The notes under the pieces: generated by a model
The model's database searches: none
The model's input: only the letters and a program-made list of their open reading frames with translations
Told to the model about the DNA's origin: nothing
Part shown: piece after piece, positions 55,755-64,000 of the stretch
Numbering within the stretch: position 1 is the stretch's first letter
Layout of the letters: each line of letters begins with the position of its first letter
Translations under genes and position numbers: made by a program
Assembly (NCBI GenBank): GCA_965262115.1
Contig: OZ253496.1
Coordinates: forward strand, 576,001 to 640,000
Source: Nitrospinales bacterium
Lineage (GTDB): Bacteria > Nitrospinota > Nitrospinia > Nitrospinales > VA-1
Direction: 5' to 3'
DNA: 64,000 bases

Positions 55755-56363
55755 ATGCTCGTTTTCAAAAACAATATTTATGACACCTCGTCCCCTGGCA
55801 AACTGATTCCTTGCCCCGACTCAGACTACAATTCCTGTTTCGATCCCCGCCATTTTGTTGAAGTGGCACTCAATCAGGAAGAAGATGTCCTGTCATTCAT
55901 TGAACACCAGCCTCAAATGTACTGGAAAGAGGATTTCAAACAGTTTTATCCCCACGCAGGAAGAATCAATTCTTTGCACTCGCTTAAAGAGATCCTGAGA
56001 ATATTGCGGCTCGGATTAATCCAGGCCGCATGCTGGCAGCATATGAATACTTACCATTTTTGTTTTTTGTATGATGTGTTGGTGCGCTTTTCTTTTGACT
56101 ACAACCATGACAGTTTGCAGGAGAAGTCATCACACCTTCCTGAGTTGAAGGGCAAGCCTGTATATCTTGGAAATTTTGTCAGCAACTATTTCTTCAATAA
56201 ATCATTCCTGGTCGACCCCGAGCATTTTAATTCGCTTAAATCGGAGGATAAAGTCGTGTACGACTGCCCCTGCCTGTTTGGTGTGGTCAATGGCCTCATC
56301 CCGACACGGGAAGAAATGGCCCTTAAAGAATCCCAAAATTATCCTTACACGGTTTTTGTGTAA
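55755..56363 (+). CDS. Hypothetical protein, paralog of 54418-55017
   Basis: MLVFKNNI, MNTYH, NYFF, PCLFGVVN. Confidence 0.8.
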   Translation: MLVFKNNIYDTSSPGKLIPCPDSDYNSCFDPRHFVEVALNQEEDVLSFIEHQPQMYWKEDFKQFYPHAGRINSLHSLKEILRILRLGLIQAACWQHMNTYHFCFLYDVLVRFSFDYNHDSLQEKSSHLPELKGKPVYLGNFVSNYFFNKSFLVDPEHFNSLKSEDKVVYDCPCLFGVVNGLIPTREEMALKESQNYPYTVFV

Positions 56364-56500
56364 ATATATTCATACCCCTCTATTGAGGGGGATAGCTTGA
56401 ACTAGCAACCTCCAGCTAATCTAAAGAAAATCAGATCAAGTTTTAGATGGCCTTGTCGTCTGCAGGAGAAACCCATTGCTCCTTATCGCCCCAGTACAAG

Positions 56501-56529
56501 TTGACACCTGTCATGTTGCATATTACAAT
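56501..56529 (+). promoter_or_regulatory. higBA promoter with putative operator
   Basis: TTGACA-17 nt-TACAAT; imperfect palindrome tgtcatgttgcatattaca spanning the spacer. Confidence 0.7.
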
Positions 56530-56534
56530 ACCAA

Positions 56535-56813
56535 ATGATTGAGAACTTCAGACACAAGGGTTTAAAAAAGCTCTACGAAAAAGGTGACAAAAGCCGATTG
56601 AGGCCGGACATTGCAAGCAAGGCAGAGCTTTATTTGTCGGTTCTTGACAGTGCTGAAACACTGAAGGAACTGGATATTATAGGATTCAGTTTTCACCCTC
56701 TTGCAGGCAACATGCGGGGTTTTTACAGTGTTTTTGTCTCGAGAAACCATCGAATTGTCTTCCGATTTGAAGATGGGAAAGCTTTTGATATTGATTTAGT
56801 GGATTACCATTAG
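56535..56813 (+). CDS. higB: HigB (RelE/ParE-family) toxin
   Basis: MIENFRHKGLK, HPLAGN, NHRIVFRF, DYH end; toxin-first order. Confidence 0.92.
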   Translation: MIENFRHKGLKKLYEKGDKSRLRPDIASKAELYLSVLDSAETLKELDIIGFSFHPLAGNMRGFYSVFVSRNHRIVFRFEDGKAFDIDLVDYH

Positions 56814-56824
56814 GAGAAATTATT

Positions 56825-57118
56825 TTGGCAATGAAAAACCCTGTTCATCCGGGAAAAATGATAAAGCATTGCGTAGAATCTTCGGGATTGAATGTTACAG
56901 AAGCCGCAAAAGGCTTGGGTGTTACCCGGCAAACACTCTCGCGGGTGATCAATGGAAAAACCTCCTTATCAGCAGAAATGGCTATTCGCGCATCCAAGGC
57001 TTTCGGTAGCACACCAGAACATTGGCTTAGAATGCAAATAGCTTATGACATGGCCCGGATGCGCGATAAGGCGGCGGGAATAAAAGTCAAACGTTTCGCT
57101 TCTGCCACCGTTGCCTGA
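56825..57118 (+). CDS. higA: HigA antitoxin (XRE HTH)
   Basis: PVHPG, AAKGLGVTRQTLSRVING, WLRMQ. Confidence 0.93.
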   Translation: MAMKNPVHPGKMIKHCVESSGLNVTEAAKGLGVTRQTLSRVINGKTSLSAEMAIRASKAFGSTPEHWLRMQIAYDMARMRDKAAGIKVKRFASATVA

Positions 57119-57191
57119 CAGAATTTACCACAAGCCATTTCCAATGTTGCAGGGTCGGTAAACGGGTACGCCAAGAGTACAACTTGCTAAA

Positions 57192-57850
57192 TCATTCAAT
57201 GCTCACTTTGCCATCCAGAAAAGCATTTGCACATTCATAGTGCCAGTTGGTTTTTGTTCGAGTGGGATAACATTTTGGCGTAAATCCGGCAGGTAATTCT
57301 GGACGAATAGCAGAATTATAAAATACAGTTTTCCGACACTTTATATTTTCCATTAAAGAACAGAAAAGAGAAATATAGTCCCTCCCTCCAAAAAAAACAA
57401 CATCTTCGTTCGGATCGTCAGGCATCATGCAAAAATCTTCGTATTGGTCTCTTTTCTTCCAGCGCTTATAAGGCTTGGCACTTAGGGAAAACGTAATATC
57501 ATATTTTGGTGTCAGAAAATCAGATTTGATCAATCCCCACCCCGCCGAGAGAATATATATTTGGTCTGTTCCAAGCTTGTTAACAAGTCTCTCATAAATG
57601 GGGTTTATATAGACCTTATATGCTTGGTAGAAACTTAATGCATTACCTTTTTCTTGGGCGTTGTATTCCCAAAGCAGTTCTCTCCAAGACTTTCCATGCC
57701 CGGATGGGTCATCAGGCCGGACATAAACCTGATTGCAGTCAAAAGGAGCTCTTTCAGGGTTTGCTACAAAAATAACAGGTTTCCATCCTTTGACAGGAAG
57801 GAGCCCATTTCGAGGCACTTTTTTGCGGCACATTGCATAACAATCTTCAT
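57192..57850 (-). pseudogene. DUF6884/YaaA-like protein, frameshifted at ~57780
   Basis: ATG 57850 gives MKIVMQCAAKK...KDG; a second frame continues KPVIFVANP...YILSAGWGL...FFGGRDY. Confidence 0.65.
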
Positions 57851-58545
57851 CAGGGCTTTTCCGTCTCAGACACAAGAAATTCCAGCTTGTCGAGAAAAGC
57901 TGGATCATAATCTTCATCAACATGGTTCTGGTTCCATAAGCATGAATTCCCGACCCGCTCGCGATTACATTTCTAGCCCAGCCAATTTTGAGAAGGAGGA
58001 TCGAGAGATTGCTTGTTCTGATTACTGAGTAAGGCAATAGAATTCCTTTCAATGTATCCGCGCAGACTATCAGGACCGGAATCATCTTTGATAGCAAGCC
58101 AGAGGAAAGACATGTTGCCAATAACCTGGCTGACTTCCTTTTCCAATGGCTGTTCAGTTTTTTTGGTAGCATGCTTGGCGATACCCCAGCTTGGGAATTT
58201 ATAGCCGTTTTTTTCTACCAAAGCTATGCCGACAAGTAGCCTAAATATAGATATTCTATGATTTCCGCCACCTGTTTTTGCCGTACCTTTGTGCTGTGAT
58301 AAGCGGTTCCACAATTTGGTACGCGAACCCGTTTTGAGGGCATGGGTTCCAACCCGGACAATTCGCAAACCTTCTCCGGTGTCCTCTCTAATTTCGCCGG
58401 GTTCCTTAAAAAAATAAACTCCTCTTTCCGACCATTCCATGCGCCCATGATAATCGGCCAATTTGCGCTCCCCTCCAATATTTTTTTTAAGCTGCTCCAG
58501 GATAGAATAAAACCTGCGCAAGTCTTTTATTCTCTTATTCGACAT
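57850..58545 (-). pseudogene. GIY-YIG-like nuclease with an in-frame TAG at 57973-57975
   Basis: GVYFF...IVRVGTH...RLSQH...IERN; after the TAG the frame continues LWNQNHV...EKP*, ending in a TGATG overlap with the next gene. Confidence 0.65.
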
Positions 58546-58646
58546 ATTCCAATGATTCTTACGATAGTATTTCAACAAAATGTTAATCTAGGATAACATT
58601 GATTAAAGTAAAAATTTATTAGCTTTGCAGTATAAGGAGGACTTCG

Positions 58647-60191
58647 TTGCGCCCAGTCGTTACAGCAAAACAGATGCAGGCTATCGATCAGCAGGCGATT
58701 GATGGATTTGCCATTCCCGGTATCACCCTCATGGAAAACGCCGGGATTGGAGTTGTTCAGGAATTGCAAAAGCGTTTTCCCGATCTGCCTCAAAAAAAGG
58801 TATTCATATTTTGCGGCAAGGGTAATAACGGAGGGGATGGCTTTGTCATTGCCCGGCATTTAAGTAACCTGGGGTCCAAAGTTACCGTCCTGTTATCCGG
58901 AAAATGGTCGGAGCTGAAAGGAGATGCTGCAATCAACGCCAACTCTGCCAAAAATATCGGAATTCAGGTTGATGAACTAGACTCTGCACATTTGAACCGC
59001 CACGATCATAAACTGCGCCATTGCGATATCATCATAGATGCCGTGTTCGGGACCGGACTGAATAAACCCGCCTCAGGCTTCATGGAAAAAGTCATCGATA
59101 AAATCAACCGGTTCGAAAAGTTTGTGGTCTCGGTGGATATCAATTCCGGGGTGGACTCCGATAGCGGCCAGTTGATGGGGCCGCATGTCAAATCTGACCT
59201 GACCCTTGCCCTCGCCTGCTACAAGCAAAGCCATTTGCTCCACCCGTCAGCCGGGGTCATGAAAGAAATCCAGCTCATTGATATTGGAATCCCGGCACAA
59301 GCCTGTGAAAGTCAGAATATTCAGGTCCATCAGTCGGAAGAGGAGGACATAAAATCTTATTTCCAAAAACGCCACCCCAATTCCCACAAAGGCGATTATG
59401 GTCATGTTCTGGTGCTTGCCGGGTCGAGAGGCAAAAGCGGTGCCGCAGGGTTGACGGCTCTCGCTGTTCTACGGGCCGGAGCCGGTTTATGCACACTCGC
59501 GCTTCCCGGCTCCAGCCAGAAGGCGGTTTATCCTATGGAAGTGATGACCATCCCACTACCTGAAACTACCAGCGGCACATTATCCTTGAAGGCAAAAGAA
59601 TCCATTCTGAATCTTCTCGAGGGTAAGGCAGCGTTAGCTGTAGGACCAGGAATCTCCACCGATCCGGAAACGGTTGCTTTGATCGGTGAGACACTGCCGC
59701 AGATTCAGTGCCCACTAGTGCTGGATGCGGATGCTCTAAACGCGTTATCGTTGCATAAGGATTGGCTGGGAAAGTTGAAACCCGAAACCGTTCTCACCCC
59801 ACATCCGAAAGAAATGTCCCGTTTAACCGGAGTGCCAACTGAAGAAATTCAAAGAAATCGCATTGCCACAGCGTCTAAATTTGCCCGCGATCATTCCTTG
59901 ACCCTGATCTTAAAAGGTTCTCCAAGCCTGATTGCATTGGCCGATGGATCACTGGTTATCAATCCCACAGGCAATGCCGGCATGGCAACCGGTGGGTCGG
60001 GAGACGTTTTAACCGGAATCATTGCAGGGTTAATGGCTCAGGGTTTTTCCACCGCACAGGCTTCCGTTGCGGGAGCTTATATACACGGCGAGGCAGGAGA
60101 TTATTTTGCCAAAAGTGAAAGCCAAACCACTTTGATCGCGGGAGATTTATTAAGATGCCTGCCGGAAACCCTGAAATGCATACTTCCCTGA
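58647..60191 (+). CDS. nnr: Bifunctional NAD(P)HX epimerase/dehydratase
   Basis: LMENAG, GKGNNGGDG, DAVFGTG, HKGDYG, TPHPKE, GGSGDVL. Confidence 0.95.
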   Translation: MRPVVTAKQMQAIDQQAIDGFAIPGITLMENAGIGVVQELQKRFPDLPQKKVFIFCGKGNNGGDGFVIARHLSNLGSKVTVLLSGKWSELKGDAAINANSAKNIGIQVDELDSAHLNRHDHKLRHCDIIIDAVFGTGLNKPASGFMEKVIDKINRFEKFVVSVDINSGVDSDSGQLMGPHVKSDLTLALACYKQSHLLHPSAGVMKEIQLIDIGIPAQACESQNIQVHQSEEEDIKSYFQKRHPNSHKGDYGHVLVLAGSRGKSGAAGLTALAVLRAGAGLCTLALPGSSQKAVYPMEVMTIPLPETTSGTLSLKAKESILNLLEGKAALAVGPGISTDPETVALIGETLPQIQCPLVLDADALNALSLHKDWLGKLKPETVLTPHPKEMSRLTGVPTEEIQRNRIATASKFARDHSLTLILKGSPSLIALADGSLVINPTGNAGMATGGSGDVLTGIIAGLMAQGFSTAQASVAGAYIHGEAGDYFAKSESQTTLIAGDLLRCLPETLKCILP

Positions 60192-60199
60192 TATGAAAA

Positions 60200-60682
60200 A
60201 TGAAAAAAATATCCCACAGTCCTGAAGAAACTTTACAACTGGGAAAATCTCTCGGCAGTTCATTGATCGCCGGAGACATTGTTCTTCTATTTGGGGACCT
60301 CGGCGCAGGCAAAACCCACCTGACCCAGGGAATCTGTTACGGTTTGGAACTGCACAAGGATTCCTATATTCGCAGTCCAACATTCACACTGATCAACGAA
60401 TACCTGGGCCGCCTTCCTATTTACCATATCGATCTATACCGGATCGAGAACCAGGAAGAAATCTATTCTCTGGGCCTTGAGGAAATTTTATTTAACCAGG
60501 GAGTGACCGTCATTGAATGGGCAGAAAAACTACGCTTGCCCAAAAACCCTGAAAATCTCATCCTGAACATTCAAGATCGAATAGAAATTAATATAAAAAT
60601 TATCAGCGACTCCGAACGTGAATTCACCTTCCATTCGTTTTTCCCGGAACCCCGATCCCTCCCTATTTTTACTTTACTTTAA
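60200..60682 (+). CDS. tsaE: t6A37 biosynthesis ATPase
   Basis: GDLGAGKT, SPTF, HIDLYR, IEW. Confidence 0.96.
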   Translation: MKKISHSPEETLQLGKSLGSSLIAGDIVLLFGDLGAGKTHLTQGICYGLELHKDSYIRSPTFTLINEYLGRLPIYHIDLYRIENQEEIYSLGLEEILFNQGVTVIEWAEKLRLPKNPENLILNIQDRIEINIKIISDSEREFTFHSFFPEPRSLPIFTLL

Positions 60683-60709
60683 AGACCCCCTATGTCATGA
60701 TTGGATTTA

Positions 60710-60725
60710 TGGTATGCCATTTGCA
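60710..60725 (+). promoter_or_regulatory. Putative sigma54 -24/-12 site
   Basis: TGGTATG-CCAT-TTGCA with exact GG-N10-GC spacing. Confidence 0.55.
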
Positions 60726-60759
60726 TAAATTTTTAATGTATTATAAATTAAACATTTAA

Positions 60760-61185
60760 ATGATTAATACGGTCAGGAGAGCTTTACTATTAGTGGCCTT
60801 CAGCGTAATAGGAATGGCAGGTTTTTACTTTTTCAAAACCCTGGGTAATTCTGTTGAAATGGAGAACATCAAAATCAAGGTGATGGAAAAAGGAGTCGAT
60901 GTCGAAATTGAGAATTTCAAGATAATCCACGAAAATAAAGGGGTTAAGGAGTGGGAACTCAAAGCAGATTTAGCGCAAATCGACAATCGGAAAAATTTAA
61001 CAAAGTTACAGAATGTGGAAATGATTCTCCACAAGGGAGAAAACAGGCAATACATCATTTCTGCTGATTTTGGTATCTATAAAAGCAAAACCGATGATGT
61101 GAGTCTGGACGGCAATGTAAAGCTTGTGAGCTCCGCAGAAGGATTAAAGCAAAGGCTCAGCATCAACTCCGAGAAAAGCAACTAA
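60760..61185 (+). CDS. lptC: LPS export protein LptC
   Basis: N-terminal TM, WELKA..A, LDGNV; precedes lptA-lptB. Confidence 0.8.
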   Translation: MINTVRRALLLVAFSVIGMAGFYFFKTLGNSVEMENIKIKVMEKGVDVEIENFKIIHENKGVKEWELKADLAQIDNRKNLTKLQNVEMILHKGENRQYIISADFGIYKSKTDDVSLDGNVKLVSSAEGLKQRLSINSEKSN

Positions 61186-61201
61186 AAACAAATGGAACAG
61201 A

Positions 61202-61765
61202 ATGAAGAATAAAAGCTTAGAAACCGGACTTATTTTTCTTGTCACCTGGGTATTGATGGCTATACCTAGCGTGGCTCAAAGCCAGAGCTCGCAAAAATCC
61301 AAGCAGGACAAGGAGCCTATAGAAATCACCTCCGACCGAATGCGGTCTGAAGATGGGGGGGTGAAAATCATATTTTCCGGGAATGTCGTGAGTTACAAGG
61401 GTGACTTGAAAATCACTTCTGACATCATGGAGGTCTACAATTCTCCAGATAAAAAAGAAACAGATGAGATTGTAGCCATCGGCAATGTTTTTATTACCCA
61501 GGGGGGGAAAAGAGCTTCGGGAGACCGGGCAGTTTTTTTGGATAAATTGCAAAAAATTATTTTAACGGGTACTCCCAAGGCCACTGCATGGGAAGATGGA
61601 AATATGATTGAAGGTCGGGAAATGATTTTACTTTTGGATAAAGACCGGTTTGTAGTCAATGAAAGAGTACGCATGAAGATTTATCCAAAAGATAAAGAAA
61701 CCAAGAAAACCCCGAAAAAAAAATCTAAGCTAAACAATAAAAACCAACTTTCCTCTCCCAAATAA
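61202..61765 (+). CDS. lptA: LPS transport periplasmic protein LptA
   Basis: Signal peptide, PIEITSD, FSGNV, AIGNV, LTGTP. Confidence 0.88.
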   Translation: MKNKSLETGLIFLVTWVLMAIPSVAQSQSSQKSKQDKEPIEITSDRMRSEDGGVKIIFSGNVVSYKGDLKITSDIMEVYNSPDKKETDEIVAIGNVFITQGGKRASGDRAVFLDKLQKIILTGTPKATAWEDGNMIEGREMILLLDKDRFVVNERVRMKIYPKDKETKKTPKKKSKLNNKNQLSSPK

Positions 61766-61770
61766 AAAAA

Positions 61771-62493
61771 GTGGCTGGCCTGAGAACTGAAAACCTTGTC
61801 AAGGCATACCGGACTCGAAAAGTAGTCAACAATGTAAGTATTGAAGTCAATCAAGGCGAAATTGTCGGCCTCCTGGGTCCAAATGGTGCCGGAAAAACCA
61901 CTACTTTTTACATGGTTGTGGGGCTGACTCGCCCGGATAACGGTAAAGTTTTATTAAACGAGGAAGATGTCACCTGTTTTCCCATGCACCAGCGCGCCAA
62001 AAAAGGGGTGAGTTATTTGCCGCAGGAGCCTTCGGTGTTCAGAAAATTGACAGTGGAAGAGAATATCATCGCGGTACTGGAATCTCAGAAGCTCTCAAGT
62101 TTTGACCGCAAAAAAAAGGCCCGTGCGCTGCTTCGGGAACTCAACATCCTCCATATAAAAGACTCCAAAGCTTATTCGCTTTCAGGTGGAGAACGAAGAC
62201 GGGTGGAGATCAGTCGAGCTTTGGCAACGTCTCCAGTGTTTATTCTCCTGGACGAACCCTTTGCCGGCATCGACCCTATCGCTGTGGAGGATATTCAATC
62301 CATAATATCGCAGTTGAAAAAAAAGGGTATTGGAGTTTTGATCACCGATCACAATGTGCGGGAAACTTTAAGCATTACTGATCGTGCCTACATTATCAAC
62401 GAGGGCAAAATCATCGCGTCAGGCAAACCGATGGATGTTGCCCATGATGAAAAAGTGAAACAGATTTATCTGGGCAACCAGTTTTCATTCTGA
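61771..62493 (+). CDS. lptB: LPS export ABC ATP-binding protein
   Basis: [36 protein letters not shown]. Confidence 0.97.
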   Translation: MAGLRTENLVKAYRTRKVVNNVSIEVNQGEIVGLLGPNGAGKTTTFYMVVGLTRPDNGKVLLNEEDVTCFPMHQRAKKGVSYLPQEPSVFRKLTVEENIIAVLESQKLSSFDRKKKARALLRELNILHIKDSKAYSLSGGERRRVEISRALATSPVFILLDEPFAGIDPIAVEDIQSIISQLKKKGIGVLITDHNVRETLSITDRAYIINEGKIIASGKPMDVAHDEKVKQIYLGNQFSF

Positions 62494-62510
62494 GCCGGGA
62501 GTAAACATAT

Positions 62511-63941
62511 ATGGCAATGGAAATGAAAATGAGTTTGAACCTGAAGATGACCCAGAAGCTGGTCATGACCCCCATGCTTCAACAGGCCATCAAGCTCCTG
62601 CCATTGGCACGCCTGGAACTCGCCCAATTGGTAAGACAGGAAATTATAGAAAATCCAATCCTGGAAGAATTACTTGAAGATGAAAACGAGCAAGAAGATA
62701 GCCAGGAAGAAGAACGACCGACTGAAGAATCCACCACCTCCGACACGGAACAGGATACGAGCTCTCAGGATCAGGAAATCGACTGGGATAATTATTTCCA
62801 AGACAACATTGATCGGGGGATGTCGATCGAAAGCTATGCCGAAAAACCTTCTATTGAGGCCACCTACAAAAAAGAAGCTACTTTGGCAGACCACCTCATG
62901 TGGCAACTGGATTTGTCCGTCGACTCTGAAGAGGATAAGTTTATTGGCTCCTGCATTATCGGCAACATTCAGAACGATGGGTACCTTTGCGCGGACCTGC
63001 CGGAAATTGTTGGCATCAGCCAATCCGATGAAGAAAGTGTACTGAGGGTTTTAAAAATCATACAAACCTTTGAACCCACTGGGGTTGCCGCCCGGTCCTT
63101 GAAAGAATGCCTGATGATTCAGGCCCATGCCCTTTCAGATAAAAACCCCTATGTCGAAGTGCTTATTGAAAATTATCTCGAGCGGCTTGAGGACAGGTTC
63201 CTGCAAAAGGTTGCCTCTGAATTAAAGATTGATTTAGAAGAAGTTTTAGGAGCCTTGAAAATCATCAAGGGTTTTTGTCCGAAACCAGGGCTTTTATTCA
63301 GTTCCGAGGGGGTCGATTATGTGATTCCAGACCTTGTGGTAGTAAAAACGGATAAGGGTTACGATGTGGCCTTGAACGATGAGGGGGTACCCAACCTGAG
63401 GATCAGCTCTTATTATCACAACCTATTAAAAACCACTAAGGAAGGACAAACCAAAGAATACCTGGAAGACAAATACCGATCTGCTTCATGGCTGATTAAA
63501 AGCATCGACCAGAGAAGACAAACCATCTACAAAGTTGGAAAAAGTATCGTAAAACTGCAAAAGAATTTTTTGGACGACGGCTTATCCTATTTACAACCCA
63601 TGGTTCTAAAAGATGTGGCTAAGGATATTGAAATGCATGAATCGACGGTAAGCAGAATTACCACTAACAAATATATAGATACACCGCAGGGAGTTTTTGA
63701 GCTGAAATTCTTTTTCCATAGCGGCATCAAGTCCTATATGGGAAGCTCCATATCCTCCATCCGTGTAAAAAACATGATCAAAGAAATTATCATTGAAGAA
63801 GACAAAAATAATCCATTGACAGATGACCAAATGGTGGAGGCATTAATGAGAAAAAATGCTAAAATAGCCAGGAGGACAATCACCAAATACCGAAAAGAGC
63901 TGAATATTCCACCTGCGAGCAAGAGAAAAAAGTTGTTTTAA
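62511..63941 (+). CDS. rpoN: RNA polymerase sigma-54 factor
   Basis: LQQAIKLL, HESTVSR, RpoN box ARRTITKYR. Confidence 0.98.
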   Translation: MAMEMKMSLNLKMTQKLVMTPMLQQAIKLLPLARLELAQLVRQEIIENPILEELLEDENEQEDSQEEERPTEESTTSDTEQDTSSQDQEIDWDNYFQDNIDRGMSIESYAEKPSIEATYKKEATLADHLMWQLDLSVDSEEDKFIGSCIIGNIQNDGYLCADLPEIVGISQSDEESVLRVLKIIQTFEPTGVAARSLKECLMIQAHALSDKNPYVEVLIENYLERLEDRFLQKVASELKIDLEEVLGALKIIKGFCPKPGLLFSSEGVDYVIPDLVVVKTDKGYDVALNDEGVPNLRISSYYHNLLKTTKEGQTKEYLEDKYRSASWLIKSIDQRRQTIYKVGKSIVKLQKNFLDDGLSYLQPMVLKDVAKDIEMHESTVSRITTNKYIDTPQGVFELKFFFHSGIKSYMGSSISSIRVKNMIKEIIIEEDKNNPLTDDQMVEALMRKNAKIARRTITKYRKELNIPPASKRKKLF

Positions 63942-64000
63942 TTTCCCCTGCATTTTAGTAATTTATGCACCTTTAGCGTGCTTTAATCATCATAAGCTGT

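Noticed and set aside
57192..58172. The 326-aa ORF as a single gene
   Set aside because: Its first ~130 codons are an off-frame overlap of the nuclease gene and the real start region; the true start is 57850.

Overview
A bacterial chromosome segment, mostly housekeeping. The gene content suggests a Nitrospinota-like or deltaproteobacteria-like diderm; this is inference. Core loci include opp permeases, a MqnL-type UbiD decarboxylase, uvrA, a complete F1Fo ATP synthase operon, holB-ricT-metG-tatD/radical SAM, PBP1A with a LpoA-like partner, argG-glk-tal-pgi, trxB, alaC-hom-thrC, uppP, a eukaryote-type UGPase and nnr-tsaE-lptCAB-rpoN. Two small accessory islands interrupt it. (i) ~26.05-31.0 kb: an intact PRTase + SLOG gene pair, a truncated AlbA_2 gene, an IS3, a dead AvaI/BsoBI-type R-M system and an IS481 remnant. 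(ii) ~56.5-58.6 kb: higBA plus a broken, translationally coupled GIY-YIG-like nuclease + DUF6884-like pair. The most unusual signal is a ~41-bp dispersed element (4 copies). One copy sits inside the IS3 orfA/orfB junction without a target-site duplication, which suggests it is itself mobile. Also seen: a 6S-RNA-like hairpin, a sigma54 site upstream of the rpoN operon, and several single-base gene lesions. Family assignments come from motif recognition only; no searches were run.
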